A stretch of DNA of 64,000 bases from IMG/VR virus record IMGVR_UViG_2537562001_000004; one strand, 5' to 3'. The stretch is from a virus. Position numbers and translations under genes: made by a program. The number at the start of each line of letters is the position of its first letter. Position 1 is the first letter of the stretch. Shown piece after piece: positions 1 through 11,524 of the stretch. The notes beneath the pieces are model-generated. The model did no database searches, was not told the DNA's origin, and saw nothing but the letters and a program-made list of their open reading frames with translations.

Positions 1-399
1 TTTATTTTAGCTTAATGGATATTAAAGAAGTATAAAGTGCGAAAAAACGTTTATATCTTTGGTATAGGGTTTGCGGTATTTATATATAGATTATATTAAG
101 GAGGTACTTTTATTGAGCAAAAGCTTGATGAAACTGATCGCTGTGAAAGAGAGGTGTTACAAATAGGGACGGAAAGCCGAGTTCTTCCGGAATATTTGAA
201 AAATGTTATGGAATTAGAACAAGAGCATAGGGGATGTATCACAACCGACAGCTTTTATATAAACAAATGCAACAAGAAAATCGAAATGGTAACAGGAACG
301 CTTATATTGAATTGCAGGCTTTATATTAAAAATAAATCAAAAGGGATTTAGAAATATCGAAAGAGTTATTAGCCATATACTTTAAGAAAATAAAAAGAG

Positions 400-745
400 A
401 TTCCTCTAAGGAAAGTAAAGATGTTTTAGGTGTAGCAAGTAGATCGCCTGGAAGTTGTAGGAGGAAGAAAAGAAGTTGTTGAATGGAATGCACAAGAAGA
501 GAACCCGCTGCAGCGGGTTCTAAATTAAAAACAAAAATATATATTATATCAATTTATGGATTTTTTGCGAATGGGAGAGGAAGGGAATATGAGAATTGTA
601 ATAGTAGAAAAGAAACTGTTCCAGATTGGTTACGTGAAGATGTTGAACCAACTAAAAAAGAAATAGAAAAACAAGAATCTACCGATGAAGAGCGTGAAAG
701 ATAGCAAGAAGCGATAAACAAATATAAATCATAGGAGTGATTCAC
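400..745 (+). pseudogene. Remnant of a phage DnaD-like replication initiator (C-terminal tail only). It contains a 20-bp perfect palindrome at 497-516.
   Basis: The ORF 483..704 tail ETVPDWLREDVEPTKKEIEKQ matches the C-terminus of ORF 34959..35309. The N-terminal two thirds is missing. The palindrome gaacccgctgcagcgggttc is also found at 35877-35896. Confidence 0.45.
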
Positions 746-1959
746 ATGCTAGATATCTTTGTTAATGTAGGAAAATAGTTTGATATTTACGGTAATTCTA
801 TTTCTCCTACCGATACAAGAAATATGTACTTGATGACTTAGAGAAAGCATAGTATAAAAGCTGTAGTGGACAAATAGAACGAAAGTTAAGAATATTAGAT
901 TTTCTCTTGATTTGCTAAGGAAATTAATAAGAGGGTTTGGTTTTGGGAATGTTCGTCAATTTAATTTAGTAACTGCAGAAAGATACATTATTGAAAACGA
1001 AGTGGCAGATTCAATCAAGAGACTTTAGGTCAATTTGTTTCATTATCTACACAAGAGTTAATCACAGTCATTAAATTTTTAAAGGAAAAAATCAATCCTA
1101 ATTTATAGATGAATGCTAGGATAAGGAATGTTTTGGAGTGGCGAATGATTATTACATTTGGACAAACAGAATGGAGCAAGAATAAATGAATTTACAAATA
1201 GAAAATCCTAAAGAAATAATAGGAAAATGGGTTGTTTGTGAACTGGAAGATGGTCCGAAAATTACAAAGGTTGAAAAAGCTGTTAGCAAAAACGTTCATA
1301 ACAAATTGGCACTATAGGGGAACTAATAAGTTTGTTGGATGAACAAAATAGAAACTCTAATAGATTTTGAATTTTGTTAAGAAATTAGGAGAGAAGAATG
1401 AAATTATTAGGTGAAAATTGTTTAGGAGTCATAGATACGGCTTTGAGTTTTGGTTTTGTAACCCATGAATACCCTTACAATGTTGTGATGCAAATCAAAG
1501 AGTATGATAAACCACAAGTCGTTGATAAAGAGAAAATTGTTAAAACGCAAAATGAAAGTGAAGTTAAAAAATTAGAGAAGCATTTATAACAAAAGATTTT
1601 TAAAATATCAAAACTCCTAGTTTCCCAGGGGTAATGATATAATAGTTCAATATTTTTTTGAGTGAAATATAATTATTGAATATTAGGCTATCCAAAACAA
1701 ATGAACGTTATGTAAATGCCATCTAATTTTTAATAAAAGAGTGAGTGATGAATAATGTGTGCTTATTTGGGAAATGCAGTTAAAGAATTCCTTAAGAAGC
1801 AAGAGCAGGAACGAAATAAAAGAGCAGTTAGCAAAACCTAACCCCTCATCTCCAGGGAGATTTGGAGAAAAATCAAATTCATGGAAGTAGGTCAAGCTGA
1901 TAATAATAATATGAGCTGAATTTAGGAGTTTATGCAGGAGGGAAAGAGTGGAATGAGAG

Positions 1960-2100
1960 AAATTAAGTTTCTCGCGTAGGATAAAGTATACAAGTATTTT
2001 CATGAGGGAGATATCATAAGGGACTATAATATTGGTGAATTTATTGATAACCCAGAATACGAAGTAACGCAATACAAAGGATTAAAAGACAAAAAAGGTA
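1960..2100 (+). pseudogene. YopX-family phage protein remnant
   Basis: The translation GLKDKKGKEII resembles the intact paralog 57470..57760 (GLKDKNGKRIYEGYII). It is short, with stops on either side. Confidence 0.35.
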
Positions 2101-2139
2101 AGGAGATTATTCTTTAGTTTATAGGGGTTGGGTAATATG

Positions 2140-2575
2140 GCAACATGTCTAGAGGTATTTAAAAATGAAGAGTTTGATTTTAGTAATTAGCTTGTTGTGA
2201 ATCAGAAAAAGACAATGGGGAAAGTATTAAAGGTTTTGGCTGAATATTGAAAATGTAAAAGAGAATTATCAGAATTAGATAAACGGCGTATTGAAAAAGC
2301 GATTCAAAATGATGTTTATGACGATTTAGTGGGAACGAAATTATATAAGCAATACAAAAAACATCTGTAAGTTAGAGTATGCATTAAAAAAAGCTTTGAA
2401 TGAGTTTGAAAGGGGATCATTGAAGAAGGCTATTTAACTAGAGAGAAGCACAACTGGGTACGGATGACAATGAAATTAAAAGTATCTAAAACAACGTACC
2501 ACAAAGGAAGGCGAGGAGCATTCAGTAGACTGGCTCATGCCCTGGAAATTGTGGTATATGATTGAGTTCGTGGGA
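2140..2575 (+). pseudogene. ArpU/RinA-like phage late transcriptional regulator, inactivated by at least three in-frame stops
   Basis: The translation MATCLEVFKNEEFDFSN*LVVNQKK..VLAEY*KCKREL...EEGYLTREKHNWVRMTMKL matches ORF 57248..57436 and the C-terminus of ORF 48232..48600. There is a TAG where a paralog has E and a TGA where a paralog has R. Confidence 0.6.
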
Positions 2576-2609
2576 AAAATATAGGATAAACAGTTGTACG
2601 ATTAAGGTA

Positions 2610-3600
2610 CCAAGGAATTGGTTCTTATTTTAATTACTAAATATGCCTCGGGTGAAGCGATTAATTTGTAATAACTCACAATGATAATAAATTAGTTAAC
2701 AACTAACGAGGATGAGAGGGGTTTCCTCTCTTTAAGGGTAATAAGAAGAACGGTGGGCAACTCGAGTCCCCTTAGTAGGTTCCTGCCTTTAAAGATGGGA
2801 AAACATTGGAAATATCGTTCACCTAAGGAACGTACATATACAATTGAGATACGAAAGAGGAGGAAATGCACATTTCCGATCTCTTTGAGTCTACAAAGGT
2901 TCTAGTCACTCATTCAATCCCCCCTTTTTTTCTTTGCAGGCTGAAAAAGGTAAGTTTGTAGGGGATGAAAGTCTAAAATATATTTTAACTCGTCAGTAAT
3001 ACGTGAAATATCAGACCTCGAAATACTACTGTTAGTTGATCTGGAAGTTCTCCTTGCAGAGAGAAGCACGAATAAGCGTTATTTTTATCTGGTTAATAAT
3101 TATTCTTTGAAAAGAGAATACGTTTTATGGGAATTGGTGACAAATTCATCATAGCGTGCTCATTATAATAAACTTTACTCGGTGACGCGGAGGTTAGAGG
3201 GGATAGGAATTCCGCGAAAAGAAATGTGTTTTTTGTCAATAGATGAAAATTTAGAAGAGTTTTTAAAATAGATATAGGTGATTATACATCTTCATTATTC
3301 TAAAAAACAGATTTCGTTTCTTACAACGCTGCTGTACGTTGAAAGGTGTGGAAACACCAAATTCAAGTGAAGATTTATTTACCAACAATTTAATATTTTA
3401 TGCTGACTTGGAAGGAGTTTCCTTCCTTTGAGCGTATGGCAAGGTGATATTGAAAATCCTAATTCAAATTCATGTACCTATTCTTTTGCTGTACGTTGAA
3501 AGGGATGGAAAACACCCAATTTTCTTTTCCTGTTTATTTCTGAAAGACCTTATTTTGTTAATCAAGATAGGGTCTTTCCCCTGTTTTAAGAATAGTCATT
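2610..3600 (+). ncRNA. Copy A of a large modular structured non-coding element. Modules are M1 (about 2676-3090), M2 (about 3090-3300), a half M3 (3328-3359), a full M3 hairpin module (3410-3516) and a terminator-like hairpin (3548-3590).
   Basis: It is conserved with copies at 12792-14295, 19215-20340, 47222-48100 (-) and 56070-56950 (-). It contains many short perfect hairpins (ggaaatgcacatttcc; agtctacaaa paired with tttgtaggct; ggaaggagtttccttcc; ggtgtggaaacacc). There is no conserved ORF: a 31-aa ORF with a ribosome-binding site exists only in this copy. Confidence 0.6.
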
Positions 3601-3639
3601 ATGAAATGGCTGTTTTTTGTGTGTAAAAAGAGAGTGTTG

Positions 3640-4660
3640 GAATGCATACAGAATGAAACTCGTTGTAGTTGAAGTTATTCAATGGTTCAAGGGAATGGAT
3701 GTTTGATGGTGTTATTTGCATGAAAATGCTGACAGATGATTCTGAAGCCGGTGGATTGTATAAAAGCATTGAATGTAACTATTCTTCCTTTGAGATATGA
3801 AGATGATAACCGTAAATTGATTGTTCAACATCCTTGCTGGGGGTGGATTGAAACACTTCGAAAAGACCTATGAACTTACAGATGAGATAGCGCAGATGGT
3901 TGAGCAGGAAATGGAGCAGTCGAAGAAAATGGGAGAAGATACGGAGTGAGGAAGGTGGAAACTCAATTAGTGAAACTCGTTCGTGATGAAAAAGGAGATG
4001 TGCTTGAAATTTAGGTGGGAGAAACAGTTTTTTCGAAAGATGGAGTTATAAAAGAAGGGGAGCGAGAAATGATGAATGGACTTGAAATGTATGTACACCA
4101 AATGAACGCATGAATTAAAGAACAAGAAGCAGGAAGAGAACAGATTGTAGCTACGATTGAAACGAGTTCAGAACTTGTTGAGAAAAATAAGAAACAGTTA
4201 TAGTTATAATGGCTAGATAAAAGATTTGAAGCTGCAAAGCTAGAGTTTGAAGAATGGGTAAAGGAACATATTCATATTTTAGATAAGATGCATGAGTGAG
4301 AGAAAAAGAAACTAGATAATAAACGAACAATTGCTATAACTTTTGATTGATTATTTAAGGTTGTTAATGGTATTGTAAATTTTCTAGGGCAAGAATCTAT
4401 TAATGAAGAGCTGACAAACGCTACGTTACGATGGACTATTTAACAGCGGATATAATTGAACGTGAGCTGAATTGGAATACGGCAGTAATTATGTTACTAC
4501 CAGTAAAACAAAAAAGTATTATGGATGCTAAAACAGATGTCTTTTGTGGTGTGTTACTTCAATTAGCAAAAGAATATGGTATTCCATGTTTAGATTTAGG
4601 AGAAGATTTGTTAAATATCCCTGCTGATTTTAATCTGATAAAATTCATTTAAATGGCGAA
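3640..4660 (+). pseudogene. Decayed phage genes. This includes a homolog of the 185-aa zinc-ribbon protein (44460..45017) with in-frame TGA and TAG stops.
   Basis: The 4070-4200 translation MMNGLEMYVHQMNA*IKEQE.. and ORF 4431..4652 (MDYLTADIIERELNWN..) align to the MMNKHEIYVRQMNAWIKEQE and KEYLTADAIQQGSLKSG segments of ORF 44460..45017. Confidence 0.5.
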
Positions 4661-5289
4661 GGATATAAGTTTTTAGCTTCTAAAATTGTGAGCTTTGTCA
4701 TGAATGGCGCTTGTCTATACCTAACAAAAGTATCTAATAGTTCATTATAAATTATAGAACAGATGGATGGCAACTTTTATCCGAATTCTTCGCAAACAAG
4801 TGGAGATACAATTACTGCCAATATAAGTGAGATTCGCTTTTTAGAGGAAAAATGTTACTTATTCCAAAAAGCGGTTAGCATACCATCTTATTCGATAATA
4901 CATCTCAAGTAGATTGTATATTTTATGGATTGGATTTTAAACCATATGGAGAGATTATGATCAAATGTATGCTCATTAGATACGATGAAATGAAAGTTAT
5001 CTGTAAAAGAAACTTAATTGAAGTGGAATGTAAGAAACTCACGAAAGTGAGCTTTTTCTATTGGATGAAAGTGAAAAAATAATTAATATTAATAGGATAT
5101 GGTTAATTATTACAAAATACATCGTAGATTTATCAAAATGGAATGACAATATTTATTGGGATGTGGTTAAACCCCATAGCTATCAAGCTAAGCTTATGCA
5201 AAGTCAATTTTAGGCGAGATTGTTTCTTTTTTCTAAAGAGCAAGTGTAGGTGTTTGAAAGATTTGCATACGAAATAAACCCTAACGGGT

Positions 5290-6765
5290 TTCACTTTTTT
5301 GAATTAAGCGGCTTGATTATCAGACATGGTACAATTGTAAACGACACCTAATATATCAAAGATCGTTTTTTTATCATATCGATGAGATTTCCACCCATTT
5401 TGCTGTAGGAGATTGAACAGGCGAAGTAACACCTTTGATAGCTCTTGGGTGTTTTGTATAGTTTGGAATAGAAGAAGAAAATAGTCTTTAATCATATATA
5501 TGGCTTTATACTCACTAAGCTCTCGTTTTTTCTTCATGAGGAGCAATTGGCGCATTTGAAACATGATAGAAGAACAGAGTAGAATGGCAATCAATTGACC
5601 ATATAAATGGCACTCCAATCGTTCTGGTTTTATCTTTTTACAATGATGGATTTGAAAGAATGACTTCCACGTTTTAAATAAAATTTCGATTTGCCAACGC
5701 AAAGAATACCAGTCATGTACCTGTCCCATCGGGACAATATCTGTAGGGGTGTTTGTCATATATACATTGATACCACTGAGCCGTTTACTACGAGGAGAAT
5801 ACTTCATTCCTTTCTTTTTTTCTCTTACAGCTTGATCTTGTAATCGTTTTTGTTGCTGTTGTTTTGTTAATCGGTGAATAATTACACGAGCTGGCACTTT
5901 ATCAATCATTCCTACTAAGCATCAGCTATTTCACATGTTTGTCCTGGTTGAAGGGAGCTCATTAACGTCTCCATATCTATCTGTATATACTCTGTACCTT
6001 TCGTAATTCTTCCGTTTTGAAAATAATTAGGGTTAGGATTTTTTTGATACATACGTGTATTCGACTTGATACGAGAGATATAGTAGGCCTCTTTATCTTG
6101 TATATATTGAAGGTCTTTTAAATGAAAATAACCTAAATCTCGGATGCATAAATCATTCGCTGTCACAGTTGGGGCACACAGAGAGCCGTAAGTGCGATCA
6201 TGTTGTTTACCTGGGCCTGTATGAATATGTAGGAACTGTCCACTTAACAAATCATACTCAAGTTGAATTTTTATCCCAGCTGTATGGCTGCACCCTCCTG
6301 CACCTGGATAAACCGATGAAAATACATCTGGGAGTTGAAATGCAGTTGAATCTAAAATACGAATACGCTTGAAAACAGAAGTGTATGGAGAAGAAATCGG
6401 CATAGATGTGGCCAATTTTTTGCTTAGTAGTTCGGCTAGTAGGCGTTGTAAAAGTTGGACGGCTGCCTTATTAAATCGTTGATTCAGTCCCTCAGGACTG
6501 ATAAGTACTTCTGTTGATGCTTCTAAACAGCTAGATAACTGAGTTAAAGAAGTCATAGCTACATTTTGGCTCACCCATACACATAAAGCTACTAAATCTT
6601 TTGCTTGGTACTTACTGGTTCGTTGTACAAAACCAACATCTCTAGCAAGATCCCGTAAGGTATTTGGAGATAAAAAACTTTGAATCTCTTGAGCAAATAG
6701 TTGTAATTCGTCAGACACAGAAACAGACATAAAAAACGCCATCCTTTCCTATGATTCTACAAAAA
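5290..6765 (-). mobile_element. IS4-family (IS231-like) insertion sequence. Its transposase is split by a stop or frameshift near 5910.
   Basis: ORFs 5915..6742 (275 aa) and 5304..5909 (201 aa) together make about 477 aa. The C-terminal [12 protein letters not shown] motif is typical of IS4-family DDE transposases. The element ends were not mapped. Confidence 0.6.
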
Positions 6766-6857
6766 GAATAGCGTATTTTGTGAATTATGAGTATAAATTC
6801 ATCTAAATTTTAACTTTCTAGCTTACTGAAAAAATAATCATAGACTGGAAAAGCTTT

Positions 6858-7697
6858 TTAATTATAAATACGAACATTTTTTATAGATAAATTTACACAT
6901 TCTACAGAAATTTGATACCCTAGCCAACATTGAGCGATATATTCAAATGATGAAACAGAACCTGTTGTAAAAAAGCGATGCTTAGAATTAAGATGCTCAG
7001 ATAAAATACCTTGATGTTGTAAAATAGTACTTAACTCTATTGCTGTTTCTTCTGCTGAACTAATAATAGAAACATCTTTCCCTAGTTCTTTTATTATATA
7101 TGATTCTAAAAGTGGATAATGGGTACAACCAAGAATTAAGGTATCTATGTCTTCTTTATTTAATGAAGATAAAGCTTGTTTAACTTGCTGTTCTACATAT
7201 ACTGTATCATCTAATCGATTTTCTACTACTGTAGCTAAAGTTGGACAGGCAAGACTATGTACTTCTAAATTTGTATGAAGTTCCTGTAAAGCTTTTGCAT
7301 ACATATTAGAATTTATGGTACCTATAGTCCCAATTACTCCAATCTTGCCTTTCTTTGTTACTTTAATTGCCGCTCTTGCTCCTGGATGTATAACTCCAAT
7401 AACCGGAATAGGAAGTGATTCTTTCAGTGAGAACAATGCAGCAGCCGCACCAGTATTACAAGCCACAACAAGAGCTTTTAATGGGAATTGTTTGAGGAAT
7501 TCAACCATTTCAAATGTAAAAGATTTAACTTCTTCTACACTTCTTGGCCCATAAGGACAACGCTTATTATCACCAATATAGTAAATACTCTCTTTTGGCA
7601 ATTGTCGCATAATTTCTTCGACAACTGTTAATCCTCCAACTCCTGAGTCAAGTACACCTATTACGGAATTTTCATTAGCTAAATTCATATATTTCAT
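6858..7697 (-). CDS. murI: glutamate racemase
   Basis: A 279-aa intact ORF with the DSGVGGLTV, ACNTGAA and LGCTHYP motifs of MurI/RacE. Confidence 0.9.
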   Translation of the reverse strand: MKYMNLANENSVIGVLDSGVGGLTVVEEIMRQLPKESIYYIGDNKRCPYGPRSVEEVKSFTFEMVEFLKQFPLKALVVACNTGAAAALFSLKESLPIPVIGVIHPGARAAIKVTKKGKIGVIGTIGTINSNMYAKALQELHTNLEVHSLACPTLATVVENRLDDTVYVEQQVKQALSSLNKEDIDTLILGCTHYPLLESYIIKELGKDVSIISSAEETAIELSTILQHQGILSEHLNSKHRFFTTGSVSSFEYIAQCWLGYQISVECVNLSIKNVRIYN

Positions 7698-7899
7698 CCC
7701 TTTCTTAATCTTTTGTCTTATGTTGATAAAGATATTATATTATGGAATTTTAAAAATTTCATAATATAATATCCTTATTTGGAGTATTTCATCTGAACTT
7801 CCTAATAAATAAAAATATTATTACCTATGTATATGGCTATGTAATAAATTCTTTTTTCGTTTTTGAGAGGAATGTGTTTCTTAACTTGATAGAGATGTG

Positions 7900-8555
7900 G
7901 TTAAACCCCCAACTGGATTTAGTGATTAGTCGTGTACAATATGGTTCCAGATTAGTAGATCATCTATATACAAAATTAGAGCAATAAGGAATTCCTCATG
8001 CTGTATATGCCTATGAATGCTATGTATTTGTAGATGATGCGATTGTAGAAGCAAAAGACTTTTTAGAGAGAGTAAATCCAAATGCGAAGTTTCTTATTTT
8101 AGATGTGGAAGATGATACTTTGGATAAGAGTAAATTTGCAGAAGCATCACAAGCATTTATTGATACATGTCGTGCTTCAGGATGAAAAGTGGTTTATATA
8201 TATGTAGCACAACATATGTACGGTGATTATAAACTACAAAGTGTACAATCTGTACAAGCTGATTCATTTGGTTACCACGTTATGGGACAATCACAAATTA
8301 AGCCAGCGTATCCATGTGACATGTGGCAATATACAGATAATGGTTATATTGAAGGGGTTGGAAAAGTGAATATTAACTTACTACAAGGGGATAAAACATT
8401 AAGGTGGGATTTTGGAAAGTAGGCTAGTTTAATTACTCCAGAAGTAGGGAAACGGGTTGTTTCTAAGGTCGATCAATTACGATTCTATCCAAAACCTTCT
8501 TGGGTAAATGAAGATGATGCAGGTATTGTGACTAAAGGGTTAGGATTCACACCTA
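7900..8555 (+). pseudogene. GH25 muramidase plus SH3b endolysin, heavily decayed and truncated at its 3' end by an IS3-family insertion
   Basis: The translated fragments resemble the 32532..33258 endolysin (..DLWQYT../..[31 protein letters not shown]). ORF 8189..8422 is an internal piece. The reading frame runs straight into the IS copy at about 8556. Confidence 0.6.
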
Positions 8556-9711
8556 TGGAAAAAGTAGATGAGATGTACGAAGTTCACCACAATATAAAGT
8601 GGAAAGTGATTGAGATGAAAAAGGATGGTTATTCAAATCGTATCATTATGGAAACACTCGGAATTAAAAATGTTTCCCAAATTAAGACATGGATGAAATG
8701 GTATCGTACAGATCAAACATATCGTTTTCAACAACCTGTAGGAAAACAATATTCTTATGGAAAAGGGGCAAAAGAGTTAAGTGAATTGGAACAGCTACGA
8801 TTAGAAAATAAACATTTAAAAACAAAATTACTTGTATGGGGAAAGTATATGGAAATCGAAAGGAGCTGAAACCACATACCGTTATCACTCTATGGAATGA
8901 ATTAAAAACAAAAGTAACCGTACAAGAACTGTGTAACATATTAGAATTACCACGTTCCACATTTTATCGTTGGTTACAGACAACAGAACGCCCTAAAGAC
9001 GACATAGAAGAGAAAGTAAAGACGGTCTGTTTTAAGCATAAATTACGATATGGGTATCGAAGAGTGACCGCCACTCTTCAAAAAATGGGGCTATGTGTCA
9101 ATCATAAAAAAGTATTACGAATCATGAACAAATACCACATACTCTCGAAAGTACGTCGTAAGAAAAAGAAATATATCAATGGTGCAGAACCAGTTGTAGC
9201 TCCTCATCGATTAGAACGTCAATTTGAAGCGTCAGCCCCAAATGAAAAGTGGTTTACGGATGTAACGTATTTATTATTTGGAGAGCGTACTTTGTATTTA
9301 TCAACGATTATGGATGCCTTTAATCGCGAAATTATAAGTTATGTCGTCAGTGAATCACAAACGCTGGGATTAGCGATGAAGACGTTAAAACAAGCAATGA
9401 GAGGAAGAAAAATAAAAGATGTCCTCTTTCATTCAGATCAAGGAAGTACTTATACTGCGAAGGAATTTCAAGCGTATGCCAAAGAAAAAGGCATTATCAC
9501 CAGCATGCCCCGGAGAGGAAATTACCATGATAATGCCGTCATGGTAAGCTTCTTTTGTCATTTAAAAAGTGAAGCTTTCTATTCACAAAAGATAACAAAA
9601 GTATCCAACACAACTGTGCGAATTCAAGAAAAATTAAACCACCTATCCCCTAAAGAATTTAGGGAACAGATGGTTTAGGTGTTTTAATAGGTGTCCCTTT
9701 TTCAGGGTTCA
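8556..9711 (+). mobile_element. IS3-family insertion sequence, copy 1 (orfA about 8555-8869, orfB 8836..9678). OrfB carries an internal deletion relative to copy 2.
   Basis: OrfA is a helix-turn-helix protein (KWKVIEMKKDGYSNRIIMETLGIKNVSQIKTWMKWYR). OrfB is an rve-type DDE transposase (HSDQGSTYTAKEF..NYHDNAVMVSFF). The right end ..cagggttca matches copy 2 at 41401. About 12 codons (IVLEYIHYYNRV) present in copy 2 are missing here. Confidence 0.75.
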
Positions 9712-9739
9712 CTTCAGTGTGAGTGTCGGTTTTTTTTAT

Positions 9740-9960
9740 GAATAGATTTGTTTGATAAGTACATTATATATATGAAATGAAAGATTATGTGATAGATTTT
9801 TTCTGTATTAGATGAAGTAGTATATCAATTTTTATTTATATAAATGTGATATCATTCGCATAAGGAAGGTATGGTCATGTTACTTTCCTACCCTAAGTAG
9901 TACCCCCTTTTGTGAGAGCCCCCATCAGTTCTGGTGGGGGCTTTTTATATTTAATTGCAA
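9740..9960 (+). repeat. Intergenic repeat family R2 (about 190 nt, ending in a terminator-like hairpin)
   Basis: Alignable with 18060-18230 (+), and in reverse orientation with 32160-32340 and 51290-51470. Shared string: ttagatgaa.tagta.a.c.attt...tatgttactttcc....cctaagtagtacccc. Confidence 0.5.
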
Positions 9961-10348
9961 TATAAAAAGAATCTATGCTATACATCGGAATAGATTCTTT
10001 TTCCGTGTTACGATACCCTTCTGTACCCCCTGTACCCCCTCAATGCACGAATTGAGGGGGATTTAAAATTTCAATAAAAAACATCTTCAACTGTGGAAGA
10101 TGTTTTTTATTGTTTGTCTAGATGTCAGTTAGGGTAATGCAGTTTACATAAATTATTTACTATACAGAGCCCAATCTCTCTGATGTTGGTATCCTTGATA
10201 AACACAATTAAGAAAGTCATGAAAGTTGTTGGTGTTAACCCGATCTTTCGCAACGGGATGGATTGTATAAACCAAGTTTTAATATGGATAGTTATTTCAC
10301 TTCATAGTATATATCTCGTCAAGTTGCTTTGAAACTGAAAAGATACTA

Positions 10349-10397
10349 ATGAACCTTGTAGTACTAGAACCTACGACGGAACGGTTATGAGCTGTTT
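10349..10397 (-). pseudogene. tRNA(CAT) pseudogene, deleted at its 5' end. Its upstream R4 region is retained at 10420-10620.
   Basis: About 49 nt match the anticodon arm through the 3' acceptor of the intact copies, with about 6 mismatches. The 5' arms are missing. Confidence 0.6.
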
Positions 10398-10642
10398 GGA
10401 TTTAATAAGATGTACTGTTTTCAAATCCGATGACATACTGACAACATTTAAGGTAAGTGTATCACGCTAAAAAGTGGTATTAGTATGATTTTCTTCTTCA
10501 TTAGATGAAAATTTTATGTAGTTTTAATAATGCGTTTCATGAGAAAATAACATGATTAAATGAGTTCTTCAAGACTCCCATACAGAAGCCCTCTAGTAAA
10601 TTGAGGGCTTTTTATTAAGGGTAGCTGTTTCAATTCTATTAA

Positions 10643-11494
10643 GTGGTATTTTTGAGAGATAATCTTTATAAAATCTTTTCGAGGGAGGGTTCTATGAATT
10701 TACATAAAGCTAGAAGTGGAATAGCTCTATCCGCTGCATTGTTTACATTATTAGCGAACCAAGGTGAGGTTGCAGCAGCAACTGTTCATCCTGTTAAAAA
10801 AGGGGACACACTTTGGGATATTAGTAAGTGATATGGGGTTTCAATGCAAGCCATTAAACAGGCGAATAATAAAGTAAAAGATCAAACTTTTATTGGGGAA
10901 CAATTAAATATTCCAGGATCCATGAAATCAAATGAGGGTACTGTTTATCAATACGAAAAACCTAGGAACATTTCAGGACAAATTATTTATCAAGTACAAC
11001 CTAGAGACTCATTAGAAACTATAGCAAAGCGTTACAATGTAACAGCTCAATCTATAAAACAACTCAATAATAAAACAATTGGAAATAAGCTTTATGTAGG
11101 ACAACATTTGAAAATTAATTCAAGTATTTCAGAAAAAGAAAAAGACCTAATGGCACGCCTGGTCAATGCTGAAGCAGGTGGCGAATCATATAAAGGAAAA
11201 GTTGCAGTGGCGAAAGTTGTCTTGAATCGAGTAAATGCAAAAGGATTTCCAAATACAATTACAGGGGTTATTTATGAACCGATTAAATATGGATATGCAT
11301 TTACGCCTATTACAGATGGAAGAATTAATCAGCCTGCAAGTTCAGAAGTGAAAATGGCTGTAGAAGAAGCTATCTCTACAAATGGAATCCATTCCGATTG
11401 GCTTTATTTTTACAATCCCCAAACATCTACAGACAAGTGGATTACTTCACGGCAAACCGTAGCAGTAATTGGAAATCACGTATTTGCTAAGTGA
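10643..11494 (+). pseudogene. SleB/CwlJ-type cell-wall hydrolase with two LysM domains, interrupted by an in-frame TGA at about 10832
   Basis: ORFs 10643..10831 and 10844..11494 are in the same frame. The stop falls in the LysM motif TLWDISK*YGVS. The C-terminus is a Hydrolase_2 (SleB) domain (LMARLVNAEAGGESYKGKVAVAKVVLNRV). Confidence 0.7.
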
Positions 11495-11524
11495 ATATAT
11501 TTATATAATTTGTGAGAATGATAA

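Noticed and set aside
2820-2960. A 31-aa ORF with a strong ribosome-binding site inside M1 of copy A (aggaggaaATGcacatttcc...)
   Set aside because: The ATG and the frame are absent in copies B, C, E and F (ctacacatttcc, aatatacatttcc). The sequence is part of a conserved hairpin, so it is not a conserved coding feature.
3410-3516. Resemblance of gagcgtac...gtacgttg to group II intron domain V, and the idea that the elements are group I/II introns or IStrons
   Set aside because: The loop between the arms is 20-50 nt rather than a 4-nt tetraloop. No intron-encoded ORF is present and no exon context exists. The similarity is a short coincidence.
8528-8869. A 113-aa ORF (MTKGLGFTP...) as a genuine gene
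   Set aside because: Its first nine codons are the tail of the endolysin SH3b domain reading in frame into the IS3 orfA. It is a junction artefact of the IS insertion. The real orfA starts further in.
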